From assembly GCA_020137815.1 (NCBI GenBank), contig CM035352.1:2294001-2358000 (forward strand): a DNA stretch of 64,000 nt. Direction: 5' to 3'. The position numbers and the translations under genes are program-made. Of this stretch, positions 23,718-35,856 are shown piece by piece (positions within the stretch are counted from its first letter, which is position 1; every line of letters starts with the position of its first letter). Source of the stretch: Hormiphora californensis (lineage: Eukaryota > Animalia > Ctenophora). The notes beneath the pieces are model-generated. The model worked only from the letters and a program-made list of their open reading frames with translations. It had not been told where the DNA came from and did not search any database.

Positions 23718-26700
23718 ACACGCGAGGGAGGGGGAGAGAGACGGGAAGGGAACTCAACTGGGGAAACTGTAGGAACCGGCGATACCGAATATTTTTTCTC
23801 GATTCGATCTTGATCTTTTTTGAACGACCAAAATTTTTCGATTTGATCCCGATTCGATCTTTGGGCGATCAAAAACTTTCGATTCAATCTCCATTCGATT
23901 CGATCTTTCGAATCGATCCGATAATATCGCCGAAGATTCTTGATATTTTCTTCTCGATCCCGATTCGATCTTTGTGTGACCGATCAAAATTTATTGATTC
24001 GATCTCGATTCGATCTTTGGGTGATAAAAACTTTCGATTCGATCTCGATTCGATCTTTGAGCGGTCAAAAAATCTCTATTCGATCTCGATTCGATTGAAA
24101 AACCTACTCGATTCGATTCGATTCGATCTCTCGATCCTTCGATTCGATTCAATATTATCACCGGTTCCTAGTAAACTAGTAAACGCGAGGGAGGGGGAGA
24201 GACGGGAAGGGAACTCAACTGGGTAATACATGACATCCTGCAGCAAACCTCATTATTGACCACTCTGAGTGCCTTGTTCTGAAAGTCTTAATTCAGCCTT
24301 TTGTAGGGCGTTGCAGGCCACTACCATGTCTAGCTGTATTTGATTTTGGGCAGGTTCTAGATGTCTTGTATGTGTCTTGTATGTGATGCTGTTGAGGCTC
24401 TACGTCAGAGTCGCAATAGCATCTGCATACCATCTGTCTTGTCGTTCTCGTATCTAAAACCATCTAAAATAATTTCTCGTTCTCCTCATTTATAGCGATT
24501 ACCTCTAAACAACGAACCATATCATTTCAGTGATGGCTGCTCTCCTAACCTCGACAACAACCCGAAGTTACAACGAAAAAGTTGACCTTTTCTTTGGATC
24601 CCTCTTCTTTATAATTTTCTTGATCGGTGGACTGATTAACTTCCTCAGCTTTGCCTATTTCTTCAAACTACGAACCAGGAACAGCAACGCAGAATTTTTC
24701 CGGCGTATCTACATGATCATAACGCTGATCGACGTGTCGATCTGTGCTCTCCTTTTCCCTGTAGTAGAGGCGGCCTTTGCGGAGGAGCGGCTAGGGTTCA
24801 TGTTCAGTAAACACATCCTATGCGACATCTGGGCCTTCCTTTGGTGGTTGTTCCCCCAGGCTAGTGTCCTCCTAGTGGCCATGCTCTCCCTATCACGTCT
24901 GGTGGTCCTGTACAAGCCCCAGCTTCACCTAAAACCCTGGGTTGCATTCTCTGTCCCAATGGCCTTCTTCCTTCTGATCCTAGTGGTGTATATCTGCGGG
25001 CTGAGTGTGGGATCCTTCCACCCGGCATACTTCCCGGACTGGCTTTATTGTGCTGTCCTGCCCATTGATCTGGAGAAGGCTAATCAGGATATGGTTGAAG
25101 GTGGAAACGGAACTTCCCGACTTGTCACGGCACACGAGTGGAATTCTAATCTGTTCCTCTTCTTCTTTGCTTCCTTCATGCCCCTCCTCTCCTTCGTCCT
25201 CATCACCATATCTTTCTTCCTCTCCTTCTACCGACTGAGGCAGTCCCAGGTGGCAGCGGAAGCAGTGGGAGGCAGCAAGTTTGCACAACGCCGGGCAGCC
25301 TTTACAGTCATCATAATAACACTGATCTACATTGTGTGTAACATCCCCAGCACCCTGGCCCTGGTCGGACTGTTCCTCAGGATCATCCAATCCTCCTTCC
25401 ACACCCTCACCCTGGACACCTACCTTCACCAGTTCTTCTCTGTCTCCTCCTCCAACTCGGCCTTGTCACGGTACATCATTGTCAGCATTTCTCTGCTTCC
25501 CGTTGGAATTAACAGTTTTATCAACCCCTTTGTGTATGTATCACGAATGGCAGGGATACAGAATGCCATTAAGGCGAGTTATGAGGTGGCCAAGAGTAAG
25601 AGCAGGAGAGTCACCGCTGCCCAGAGGATTACCTTTTCGACAAATATCGTCAGCAAATCGATTTGATAGGGGGTGACAGAGACAATGATTACAATGAACA
25701 GAGATATTGTATTTTGAACATTTGGTGTAAAATTTCGCTGGTTCCTTATTTTGCTATGATTGCCGGTTAATTGTTTTTTTTGCTGTTAATGTTCTGAGTT
25801 GTAGTGTGACCCTCGATACTCATTTTGTTGAATAAAAGATATACCGTTTGTAGTTAAGTTTACTGTTAGAACACCGTGAAATTTTAATGCTAATGATCAC
25901 TGATGATAAATAACTTCAATAGGAAAATAAATAGGCAGACTTTGAACCAAGAACCATACTGTCAGGCCAATGCTCTGCAGAAATGAGAATATGGTCAGGT
26001 CAATGTTCTGAAGAACTGCAGGTACTCTACACTTACATCGGAGGGTGTACCGTAGGGTCCATCTATGGCCAATTTTAGATCCAGGAAGTGTTCCGGGCGC
26101 TCACTCTCCGGAACATCCTTATATTCCTCTTCCTTTTTCTTCATTTCGCTAACTATGTGAGCCTTCAGTGCTTCTGTGGGCAGGGAAGTAGAGATTAGAA
26201 AAGAAAAGTGTTCCATCAAAACACAAAGCTTCCATTGTGCAGCTAAAGCTACGTAGCTAGAATGGAGAGAAAACCATGGCTTGACAGCTTAATAAAGTAG
26301 CTACGGTGAGACAGAAATACTTCTAAAGATGAATGACAGCTACATAATGTTTCCCATACTTGTCCAGTCGCCAGCTTGTCGAATCCGCACAGACAGGTAA
26401 TCCTCCTCGGGTGCTGATGTAAGGGTGAAGGGGTGCCACTCGAGCACTGAGATAGCGCTACATTGGATGAAGATGTACTGAAATAGAGTGGCTGTCAAAT
26501 TTGCATGTAGCTACTACCCCTCCCTTCCTGCTCTGTTATCTCACAGACGGGTCAGGCATATGTCGCATATCTCATTCTATTGCATATAATATTTCTCCAG
26601 GGATGGGGAATAGTGGAAGAGAGATTCGCGGCGAGATTCGATCATTCTTTCCTTTCCCAGAAAGAGAGGGCACACCATATCATATGCATATATCCAGCCC

Positions 26701-29700
26701 CTCCCTTTCCCGTGCGTAGCGTGATCGCCAATCACCCCATTTGCAACGTAAATGATTTTAAAGACAGCTTGGTCGAGTACAATCACGGATTTAGTAAATC
26801 CGTGATTGCATTACTCGACCAAGGTGTCAATATTAACGATTTCTACTATGTCAAAGAAAAAGTTTTAAATTGTTTCAAGTTATACCTGACCCGCCCTCTG
26901 TTTCCATCCCTGTTTCTTCATTCTCAACTCCAGACACTCGTTGGGCCACTCAATCGCCTTTGTGACAGTGGCAGGGTTGAACCGCTGGGTCCACCTCATT
27001 ATCCTGTCCACCAGGTAGATGAGCAGGGGAATTCCCACCCAGAAATAGGACTGAAAAGGGATGTGCAGTTGCTTAGAAGTGAAGTTATGAAATATTGTTT
27101 TTGCAGATGGTGATAAATTGTCTTCGGGCATCTGGCTTTGTTACACCGTCCCGAACCCCCACTTAGTTTGGTCCGTTTAATTGCGGCTCAATGCCACTAT
27201 CCACCGTGGTAGCTTTAATTGATTGATAACCACCAGGAACCGACCGACACAAGTAAACAACCAATCAGAACTCGTTATTTCAGTATTTCCTGATTCGGTC
27301 AGTTCCTGTTGTATACCTTTGACCAGTTGGTATAGCCAGGGCCGGAGAAGGAATCCGCTGTAACGTCGTTGCACAACTTAGATAGGGCAACTGATCGGTC
27401 ACTGTACAGATGGCACCTGCAATTAAACAAGTCTCAGTGATTAGTTAATCACGCCGCACCTGTACTAATAAGTTATACGAAATCCAAATCGAGTATACAG
27501 TAGAACCTTGATATAACTTATCGAGGGTAGGCTAACTTTATCGATTATATCAATGTCTGACTGTAATTGAACTAACTAGGAACTAACCATTGAATTTCAA
27601 ATGTAATAATTGATTCCAAATTATACTTACTCATAGTTGTAGTAAGTCTTGTTCCCTTCAGTAAGGGTTCCGTTTTCACGAGACGCCGCTGTCTGGGATT
27701 CAACCATTTGCCTGCAAAAATATATTCAACATCAAATTCCGAAGAAATGCAACAAAATCATAACTAGGGTATTTTATCTAACAGCTTAGCAAGTTACAGT
27801 CTAGTCGAGATACTCGGAGGACAGAGATTTACCCGGTAAATCGGGGCCCGGTATATTGAGGTCCGACTGTAGTGTTTTTAACCAGTCTAGCAACGCGATG
27901 GTTTTGTATTTTCGAAGATTTTGCGGAAGTAAAAAACTCGATAGAGTTGGGAAAGCAAGAATAAGTAGCTGTTAAAACGGTTAACTTTCTGAGAAGTGGG
28001 AACTCAGGAGTGGTCGGTGATTTAACAGTTAATATAGTTATAACACTTTCTTTTTTCTAAACTACTCTGGGAAGTGCTTTCCCATGGGAATCGTCATCCC
28101 CCCCCCAAGTAGGATGGGGGTTAACCGTTATAACACCTTCTTTAAATCTCAACTACTCAGAGTAGTTACTACTCTGGGAACGCGGGAGTAGTTAGTAAAA
28201 AGCCCAATCATTAAAGGGACAATACCGATATCTTGAATTGTTCAACCCTCTCTATCCGGGACACTAAATCGAAATATCCATTACAGATCTTATACTAGGT
28301 TACGAAGTTACCCCTTGCCAGCGCGATACCAAATCATATACAACATACCCGAACGCATGGAAGATGAGGCAGAGGAAGAAGACAACGAAGAGATGGTGAG
28401 TAAACCAGAACACTTCAAAGAAGGACCTCCTGACGATCTTGATGGAGGATGTCACCATAAGGAAGAGGCAGATATCCATTCCTAGACCAGTCAGTCCACC
28501 GACTGGGGAGATGGAGAGAATTTAGATGTTATTATATGTAACAAGATTATGGTAAAAATAAACTAACAAAACAGCAGCCACAACTATACATCATTCATGG
28601 CTTATAGAAAGCTCCAGGGGTCACCAGATCCTGATTTCCAGTGCCTAATCTCAGGGCAAACCCGGCCGAGAGGTTTGTATGCACTATATACCCATTCTGA
28701 TGAAATACAATTTGTATTGAAACATGTGTAAACTGTTGAACTAAAACTTCCTTGTTTTACTTGTATATACCAATTCCTAATCTTAGGGACCCCTGAGAGC
28801 TTGACGATATGTACACACACACACATGACAATATTTGACTTGCTCGACCCTGTCTCACCGAACCCCGTAAAAGAGGGTTAGAACACAACAACATGACACA
28901 TGTTTCACTACTGCAACAATAAGACACAATTACTCACCCGTTGTAAAGAGAATCATGAATTGGGTCTGTCGGTAATGTTTGTGTCAGTTAGTATTGACAT
29001 GACATTGATTAATTAATTAATTAATTAATATTAATCAACAATAGTTGTCAGTTGTCAATATCAGTACATAGTGTCAAATGTGTAAATCTAATAACGGTAT
29101 GCACGAGTATAAATATATGGTGTATCCATAGGGCTTCTCAATTCTTAAATTGAATTACCCTGTCAATTCATAAACTAATTGATCGCTCAATTAACTAATC
29201 AACAAGTAATTAACTAACTGAAAATTAATATCATACTTACATCACCAGAACTGGCGATTCCAGCCATTGACTGTGCGAGTTGAGAATGTTGTCCGGCAGC
29301 GGCCGCCTCTTTTTCACCATTGAAGTATGACACAACGTACTCAACGTTAAATGTATGGGCCATCGTGTGTATAACTGATCAGGAGAAGAACATAGTTAAA
29401 TTAAAATTATAGGTTTATATTATGTCTTAGTTTTTTTATGAATTCCAGGGAACAGCTTAAAAACATAAGCTTTACAATTGGCACACTTACTGGTGTGGAA
29501 AACAATGGACCAAGCACACAGTTTGTGTAGGGCAATATTGTGGTTGATCAACCTTCTGAAGAACCGGGGGCACCACTGAAATGAAAATGATAAGTGCACT
29601 TTATGGAAACCACTAGAACCAACATATTTAAAGACCACTTGTCAACCTCTCGAGCAAAATTTCCACGGACCAATATTGGATATATCACGAATTAAGAGTG

Positions 29701-31700
29701 AGACTTTCCTCTCTTTTCTCCTCTACAATTGATAATACTAACATACCCAAGCTCCATGGATCTTGCCCAGGATGGACCGACACACACAGAGGACAATTAG
29801 AGCACAGTTTAGGTTAAGACAAGCTGCAGAACCACGGGCAAACGGTAATCCTGCCTGTAAAGGGAATGTTAGATGTTACTTCAATAATCAATAATGTCAT
29901 ATTATTTGCTTAGTATTTGTTTTGTTCAAATCCTTTTTACGGGGTACGGTGAGATATCAATGGAAAACATCTTACCTTGACAGTGTATCGTAGGTAGCTA
30001 TATTTAGTTAACGTTTCATAGTTATAGTAGTCGTAGGCAAATAGGAAAATATTGAGACCGAGCCATATCAACTGAAAATAATATGGAAATGTATCAATTT
30101 TTACTCCTGAACTTGGTGAATATTCAAATATCTACTTTATAGATGACTAGAGAACCCAGGCAAAAGAACAAAAAACTCTCACACCCTATAATTGACTCCT
30201 CTCAATCCCGATCCCTGGCTCATGCCTACTTTGCTCCCTACGGCGCCGCTTCGCGGCACCTCCGGTCGCGAGATCATACTCCACACCCCCTTCCCCATGT
30301 TGACTCCCCTCACTCCTAACCCCTCTTATCCCTATTGACTCCCCTCGGCCCCTATTGAATCATATCGTCCCCTTATTCACTCCCCTATAACGCCATAATG
30401 AATACTCCCCTCACCCCTCTCTCAATCTGTGATCTGAAGCAGTTCAGAACCCCGAATTTTCCCTCATTTTTCACCATTTCCCCCATTACTCAGTCATTTC
30501 GCAACCAATTTCAAAATACCAAGGCTCATTAGAAAGATAATCTCAAGCTCTTTCAAATCAGCTATTATCCCCCAAATTTATAAAACCTTTACACACGCAC
30601 GTGCACGCCCCAAATCCCACCAAACACCCCTAACAACACGCCAATTTTCCACGTGCAAACCCTAAAACCCCCCCCCCCCAAAAACCAATTGTCTTGCAAG
30701 GTTCTCTGCTTTATAATATAGACTAGAAAGCCCATTGAGATCCCACAAAAGCCCCCGCATCACCCGTCTCTATGCCTCCCCCCTCTTACTCTTCATCTCT
30801 CCATGTCGGGGTAAAGAATACGGAGGTTGGTAGTGGTAGAGCGCTGGTGATAAACATCAAGGGAAATCCCGCTGAATAACATGTAGAATCAGGTGATAAA
30901 GATCCGTAGAATTGTAGCTGTGTAGAGAATCAACGGAGTACGTAGGTAGAAAGGCTTTGGCAATCATGGAGGTCCCAGCAGTAGATCCCAAAACACCAAC
31001 AACAACAACCACAGGAACACGCAACAAACAAACAATAACATGCACGTGCAGTATCCCCCTCCAATACCCCTCCCAGAGCACCTCCTTGGCAACCCCCCAC
31101 CATTTGCACGTGATGATAGGTCATACTCCTCCTCATCACGCCACGCATTTGTACTTTATAATATAGACTAGCGCACCCATTGGGTGCGCCCCCAATTAAT
31201 GGCTTTTTGATAACCCACACGGCTTCGCCGTGTGGTTGTTTTTGCCACTTTTAACGGAAATAACACGGTTGCCATGGCAACTGAAGTGGTAACTATGGGG
31301 ACTGAATTGTTAAAATTCATTCGAATATAATAAGAAACTTCCACTGGAAGTTCCAAAAGTGTGAGCAACAACTTTACAGCTTTGATCGCATAAAATTTTT
31401 TATGAAGGAGCACCCATTCCTACCCGGTTTTTTATTTGTGGTTTTTTTGATCTTTGATGTCGATTTTTTCAAAAACCCTACATGGGATTAGATTAATTCT
31501 TTTTCTAATCGACTAAGCTAATCCTGAGCTTTCGAAAACACACCCTATTGATATAGATCTGATGAAAAAACTTCGACGCGACATCTCCAAATTATAATAG
31601 AGATGATACATAGATTACAGTGTTTCAAAAACAGACTCACCAAAAAGATAGTCTTTTCGATGTGGGCAACAATCCGGAACTTTATTTCCCTGAGATTCAT
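18054..31700 (-). CDS. NOX: NADPH oxidase, gp91phox/Nox1-4-type (no EF hands), 16 exons, ~603 aa
   Basis: Exons 31700-31641, 30071-29976, 29854-29747, 29575-29491, 29374-29241, 28965-28938, 28502-28349, 27711-27631, 27416-27317, 27050-26886, 26477-26360, 26173-26037, 21707-21625, 21386-21266, 19710-19505, 18189-18054, all GT-AG and phase-consistent. Motifs [103 protein letters not shown]. Confidence 0.93.
18362..18674 (+). mobile_element. Non-autonomous Helitron inserted in the centre of a short palindromic element (18331-18710)
   Basis: A|TCTCTATTATAA...GCGCACCCATAGGTGCGCTAG|T: 5' TC, 3' hairpin plus CTAG, AT target, no TSD. Homologous to 31603-31168. Flanks 18331-18360 and 18681-18710 are perfect inverted repeats. 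Confidence 0.8.
20193..20710. repeat. Long inverted repeat (fold-back element) in NOX intron 14
   Basis: ~20193-20405 is the reverse complement of ~20497-20710; the right arm degrades into noisy sequence. Confidence 0.8.
23770..24170. mobile_element. Non-autonomous hAT-like element filled with TTCGAT subterminal repeats
   Basis: TIRs TAGGAACCGGCGATA / TATCACCGGTTCCTA; imperfect 8-bp flanks GGAAACTG/GTAAACTA; also bracketed by a ~45-bp direct repeat (23717-23762 and 24181-24223). Confidence 0.65.
24533..25666 (+). CDS. Intronless rhodopsin-like (class A) 7TM GPCR, nested antisense in NOX intron 12
   Basis: Seven hydrophobic segments. GGLIN (TM1 N), LIDV (TM2 D), LCDIW (TM3 C), LSLSR in place of DRY, YIVCNIP (TM6), NSFINPFVY (NPxxY). 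First ATG at 24533. Confidence 0.88.
   Translation: MAALLTSTTTRSYNEKVDLFFGSLFFIIFLIGGLINFLSFAYFFKLRTRNSNAEFFRRIYMIITLIDVSICALLFPVVEAAFAEERLGFMFSKHILCDIWAFLWWLFPQASVLLVAMLSLSRLVVLYKPQLHLKPWVAFSVPMAFFLLILVVYICGLSVGSFHPAYFPDWLYCAVLPIDLEKANQDMVEGGNGTSRLVTAHEWNSNLFLFFFASFMPLLSFVLITISFFLSFYRLRQSQVAAEAVGGSKFAQRRAAFTVIIITLIYIVCNIPSTLALVGLFLRIIQSSFHTLTLDTYLHQFFSVSSSNSALSRYIIVSISLLPVGINSFINPFVYVSRMAGIQNAIKASYEVAKSKSRRVTAAQRITFSTNIVSKSI
27234..27308. mobile_element. Internally deleted copy of the 109-bp MITE-like repeat
   Basis: CAGGAACCGACCGAC...TCGGTCAGTTCCTG, inverted relative to 2842-2950 and lacking the central GTCACGTGAC. Confidence 0.75.
30147..30722 (-). mobile_element. Non-autonomous Helitron (third in stack)
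   Basis: Minus strand begins TCTATATTATAAAG, ends GGTTCTCTAG|T, with a GCCGCGAAGCGGC hairpin at 30245-30257. Confidence 0.7.
30723..31167 (-). mobile_element. Non-autonomous Helitron (second in stack)
   Basis: Minus strand begins TCTATATTATAAAG and ends CTTTCTAG directly before the next TC start; interior loosely similar to 30147-30722. Confidence 0.6.
31168..31603 (-). mobile_element. Non-autonomous Helitron (first in stack), same family as 18362-18674
   Basis: A|TCTCTATTATAATTTGGAGATG...GCGCACCCAATGGGTGCGCTAG on the minus strand. Confidence 0.8.
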
Positions 31701-32504
31701 ACTCTCCACTAAAAAATGTGAGATTTTCATTTAGTTTTTGAGTGGGAAACACCTGTCTGTGTGACTTTCACACGCCGAAGTTGACAAATTCGGCAGTCAA
31801 ACTATACTGTTTAGTTTGCTCCCTTCGCCAAGTAACTTGTAACTTTTTAATAAACTTCATATATCAACATATAATGGTGTCAGTCCAATCGAACATCCCC
31901 CGCACAAGCAGTCCCACGGACCCACTCCAGAATTGAATTATTGTTTTGACGGCTGTATCCGGAGTCCGGAGACTGGTGGTCTGTCCGGAAAACGGTTCAT
32001 CCACTCCCCTAGAAGAACTTTGAAACTCTCTAGCCTTTTTGCCGAATTCACCGTTTTCGGCAGGGTGTTCCATAGCCTTGTTGCACGCCCAGCAAATGAG
32101 TTGTATTGCTTTGTTGCTATCGACGTTTGCGTACGCCGTACTCGTCGGTGAGTGCGGGTTGTACACGGACCCCTCCATCGATCTCGTCGTTGGATACTGA
32201 ACCTTCAGGCTTCGAAGTTCGACCTTGGTTTTGCCTTTTGGACTTTTGTTGGCAAACGCCGCTGGCCCCGCGGGATAACGCAGCGCTTTTCAAGGACTTT
32301 TGGTTCAAACTTCAAAAAAAGAAACAAACGCAAAACAAAAAACAATGGCAGGGACGGTGCGCGTCTTTCATCTGCGACCAAAATTGTACGTTCAGTGCTG
32401 TCATGAATGTAACGCGCTTACTTTCTGGGCCCAGCTCTGCCGCGGCTTTCAGCGCGTTACGAAAATTCGATACGAAAATTCGCGTCACTTTTTTTCGGCA
32501 AGCG

Positions 32505-32800
32505 TAGGGATCCCTAAAAAAGTTCAGTATTTACACAGAGTTTACACAGTCTTTACTCAGTCGTTACACCCAGAGCGCCCGCGCCGCTCTGGGTGTAACG
32601 ACTGCGTCTTTCGCACTCGATTTGCAGCGTTTTCGGAAACTTTTTTCGCCGCAGCGCTCAATTTTGTCAATTGTGCAGCACACAATCCAATATTTTCTTG
32701 GAAAAAGCCACTGTGCGCAGCACGCGCCGCTCTGGGTGTAACGACTGAGTAAAGACTGTGTAAACTCTGTGTAAATACTGAACTTTTTTAGGGATCCCTA
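32505..32800. mobile_element. Palindromic MITE (TAGGGATCCCTAAAAAAG termini)
   Basis: ~73-bp perfect TIRs; one arm also present at ~9172-9228. Confidence 0.8.
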
Positions 32801-32903
32801 TCAAAATCTCAGTTTTTTAGGGTTAGGGCTAAAGTAGAGTTCGGGTTAGGGTCGGGGTTTGGGTTGAGGTTAGGCCTTGACATTTCCTACCAGATAAATT
32901 TTG

Positions 32904-33064
32904 AATGAGGGGCCTCGGAAATGTTCAAGTCATGCACATTCAAGTCGCGCCCACCGCCCACCAATCACAGCTCAGAACAGCTCTTGTGATCCGCGCGTTC
33001 TGAGCTGTGATTGGTGGGTGCGACTTGAATGTGCATGACTTGAACATTTCTGAGGCCCCTCATT
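32904..33064. mobile_element. Palindromic MITE, sister of 9230-9381
   Basis: Inverted arms with CCAATCACAGC motifs. Confidence 0.8.
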
Positions 33065-33639
33065 AGCCAAAACAGTTGAGTGGTTTGGCGGTTAGACCCA
33101 TTTTAGTGAATCAACTTTTTTGGCAGCACGCTGCACGCACCTGTATTAAACAGGCCACGAAACGCCCAGATCGTAACGGCGCCCCTTTTTTTCCTTCGAA
33201 AGACTTCCCACTTATTTATCTCTGTATTTTTCCCGTCTTTCACCCTAAAAGTGCATCCTGGAGTGAGGAGTCAAGGACCTGGATCCACTGGCTTTGCTTC
33301 GCCTCTGACAGTGGTGTTCCTTCATATTGGCCACGCACACAGCGCCCCCATGTGTCATTCACAGCGTCCTAAAAAGCATACATTGTTTACGCATGGGGGG
33401 AGGGGCATTGTGCATGTGGCCAATATGACGGAGCACTGTTTTGCCTTTGTGAAATTCTTGGTTGGTGCGTTAATGTGATTATAATTACGGTTACTATCTA
33501 GAATTGCCATGTTACACGCTAGTGCTTAGTTAGGACAGCATAACCACATATACCACGTTCCTCATGTTGCAGGGAGCTCAGCTTGGTGGAGGGTACCCAC
33601 ACACAATACCAATAGTACACACTACTCTGTAATGGCCTG

Positions 33640-34370
33640 GTTCACATTGTGCCGACATTTAGCCAAAATTTCTGTTCTCGAGTTAAGTAGACGGGGATCC
33701 TTGCTCCTGTTGATGATCTCCAGCTTCTCAGAGGTGCATACATCGCATGATGATTGTCCGACCCGGTAGGCATGCCCCTTTCTGATGATTCCCCAATCAA
33801 TCCTTCCCGTCCCACACCTTGTCCGATAGTTTCCCCGCGGTGTTCTTCATGACGGAACGAGGACGTGTGTTTTAGAGCCTCTTCTTGAAGGTGGTAGCAG
33901 TCATCCCCACATAATGGTGCTCTTCATTTTCACCCGATCTGAGCTTGGCCAGGTAAACCAGTTCAGTGCATCCTCATAAAATCCCTTTGCTGCATCGAAG
34001 ACCTCTTTGGATGATATAGAGTTGACTCGGTGATTGATCATCTCAGGGATGTTGTTGAGGATGTTGGGTGGGTGGTTAGATGAGCGGTGCACATACTCTG
34101 TCCGTTTCTCAGGCTTCCTGAATGGTCGGTAGGAACCATCCGTTGGGAAATTAACGTCAAGGAAGTCGACAGAGGTTAGAGGGAGTGACACAGTGATTCT
34201 TGAACCATTCAAGAAAGGCACCAAGAACTACCGGTCCTTTCGTCCTCTTTGCTGCCTCACTCATCTTCTTCTCCGCTGTGAGGTATTATAGATCGATTAC
34301 TCTTCTTGCTTTGAATAGTTTATACTTTCGTTGAGCAGCTCCTCCCTTGAGCAAGTGTCGTCTGAAGATC
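33640..34370 (-). pseudogene. Degenerate Penelope-like retroelement (RT C-terminus and GIY-YIG C-terminal fragments)
   Basis: VDFLDV..YRPFRKP..YVHRSSNHPPNILNNIPEMINHR (33901-34224) and CDVCTSEKLEII..LLNSRTEILAKCRH (~33645-33750); broken frames. Confidence 0.75.
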
Positions 34371-34379
34371 TGCTCTTTC

Positions 34380-34500
34380 ACAGGAAGAAGTCCATCGGTG
34401 TTAGATCCGGAGTCCTGGGCGGCCACGGAAAGGACAGGTCACAGGTCGGCCCCAATAGTGTTGTTGAAGAAAGTCGAGTCCAGAAGGGTGCATGCTGGTC
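34380..34500 (-). pseudogene. Tc1/mariner transposase fragment
   Basis: Minus strand TGGCCGCCCAGGACTCCGGATCTAACACCGATGGACTTCTTCCTG encodes WPPRTPDLTPMDFFL, the WPxxSPDLxPxDF motif. Confidence 0.7.
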
Positions 34501-34639
34501 CCACAACGTAGTGAGTAGTGTTGTTCAATACATTTCCAGATTACAGGGTTCTGCAGGGTCTCAGAATGGGAATTCATCCCCAGTGAAGTGAAATTATCTC
34601 GCAAGTATTTCAGGGACCCCTGATCTCTTGTTCAACCCC

Positions 34640-35530
34640 TCCACCATGTAGTATATCATCTCATAGAACTGCTGTCGGTAATATTGGTCTGTAGAGGATA
34701 TATCGGTGGTAGTACTAGAGGCAACCCCATCAACTTCCAGATAATCATCCAGCCGTTTTGGTCTCTTCCTCTTCCTGGGAAGTGACTCTTCTGGGGAGCC
34801 AATATCCTCTTTCTCTAAATACTAAAAACTGCCAAAATATGGTCTCCTGTACCGAGGTACTGCCTCAATAAACTGCTTCGCAATATCTCTTATATCAATT
34901 TCATCAACACGACTCTTATGTGCATTCAATATCACATAGTGATTTAAAGATTTCTGTGTGAGAGCAGTCCTCAGATAAGTCTTAACTCGACGGAGTGTAG
35001 AAAAGGCTCGCTCTGAGGTTGCATTACTCATAGGAACGGTTAGATAAATTTTGAGAACTCTGTCATACTGAGAAAAAGATGATTTAAGATTTGTAGTGTT
35101 CATAAATCTCAAAATAGAATCAATACTGGTGATGTTCTTAATATGGGGGCAAGATTCTTTAAACAAGGCAGGTAAAAGTCTTAATTCATCAACCAAGCAA
35201 GCAAAATCAATGTCCTTCTGCAGTAGGGGGAACCTTTTCTCTAATTCATCCCTGGTGTTAGGAACCGAGTCCATTGTGACGGCTGACAGTAGAAAGGTTT
35301 CCAGATCCTTAAGGCTTAAGGTAGTTAAATGTCTCTTGACCTTTTGTTTAACCCTTCCACCATGTAGTCTATGATCTCATAGAACTGCTGTCGGTAATAT
35401 TTTTCTGTAGAGGTTATATATCGGTGGTAGTACTAGAGGCAACCCCATCAACTTCCAGATAATCATCCAGTCGTTTTGGTCTCTTCCTCTTTCTCGGAAG
35501 TGGTTCATATGGAGTAGGACACTCCGTCAA
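34640..35530 (-). pseudogene. hAT transposase C-terminal remnant with dimerisation domain
   Basis: ORF 34822-35274 has LKIYLTVPMSNATSERAFSTLRRVKTYLRTALTQ. The upstream LPRKRKRPKRLDD..YYRQQFYE segment occurs twice (~35355-35510 and ~34640-34790). Confidence 0.8.
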
Positions 35531-35599
35531 GGATGTGTGGAGGGAGTGGTCCCTGTGGTGATCGCTCGTGGTCCAGAGTTTTATAGGAAACTCACACGG

Positions 35600-35819
35600 G
35601 GGATTACGGGGGCTCGAATAGATCGCCCGTATAGATCGCCCGTACCAGTCGCCCGTACATTTGCTTTGCGCATTACGTTTCATCGCACTTTCTCCACAAA
35701 TAAGGTACATGCGCGTTACGCGCATGTGTTTTGTTGTGATGAAAGTGTGGTGAAACGTAATGCACAAAGCAAATGTACGGGCGACTGGTACGGGCGTCTC
35801 ATCCGGGCCCCCGTAATCC
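35600..35819. mobile_element. Palindromic MITE
   Basis: GGATTACGGGGGC...GCCCCCGTAATCC with ~100-bp inverted arms. Confidence 0.75.
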
Positions 35820-35856
35820 GCTGCCTTAGGATGTTACAAGGTGAACAACTTTAAAA

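Noticed and set aside
23633-24226. 197-aa ORF rich in DSIRF
   Set aside because: Translation of the TTCGAT subterminal repeats of a non-autonomous element.
31864-32308. Two overlapping minus-strand ORFs with a CxxC (LICWACNK) upstream of NOX
   Set aside because: Frameshifted, non-ATG or short, and not assignable; possibly a transposon relic but unsupported.
32817-32875. TTAGGG-like repeats (interstitial telomere?)
   Set aside because: Only a few degenerate units between MITEs.
33550-33600. Possible second hammerhead at the 3' end of the Penelope relic
   Set aside because: The core is degenerate (CTGAGCT...GGAAC); the CUGANGA and GAAA boxes are not intact.
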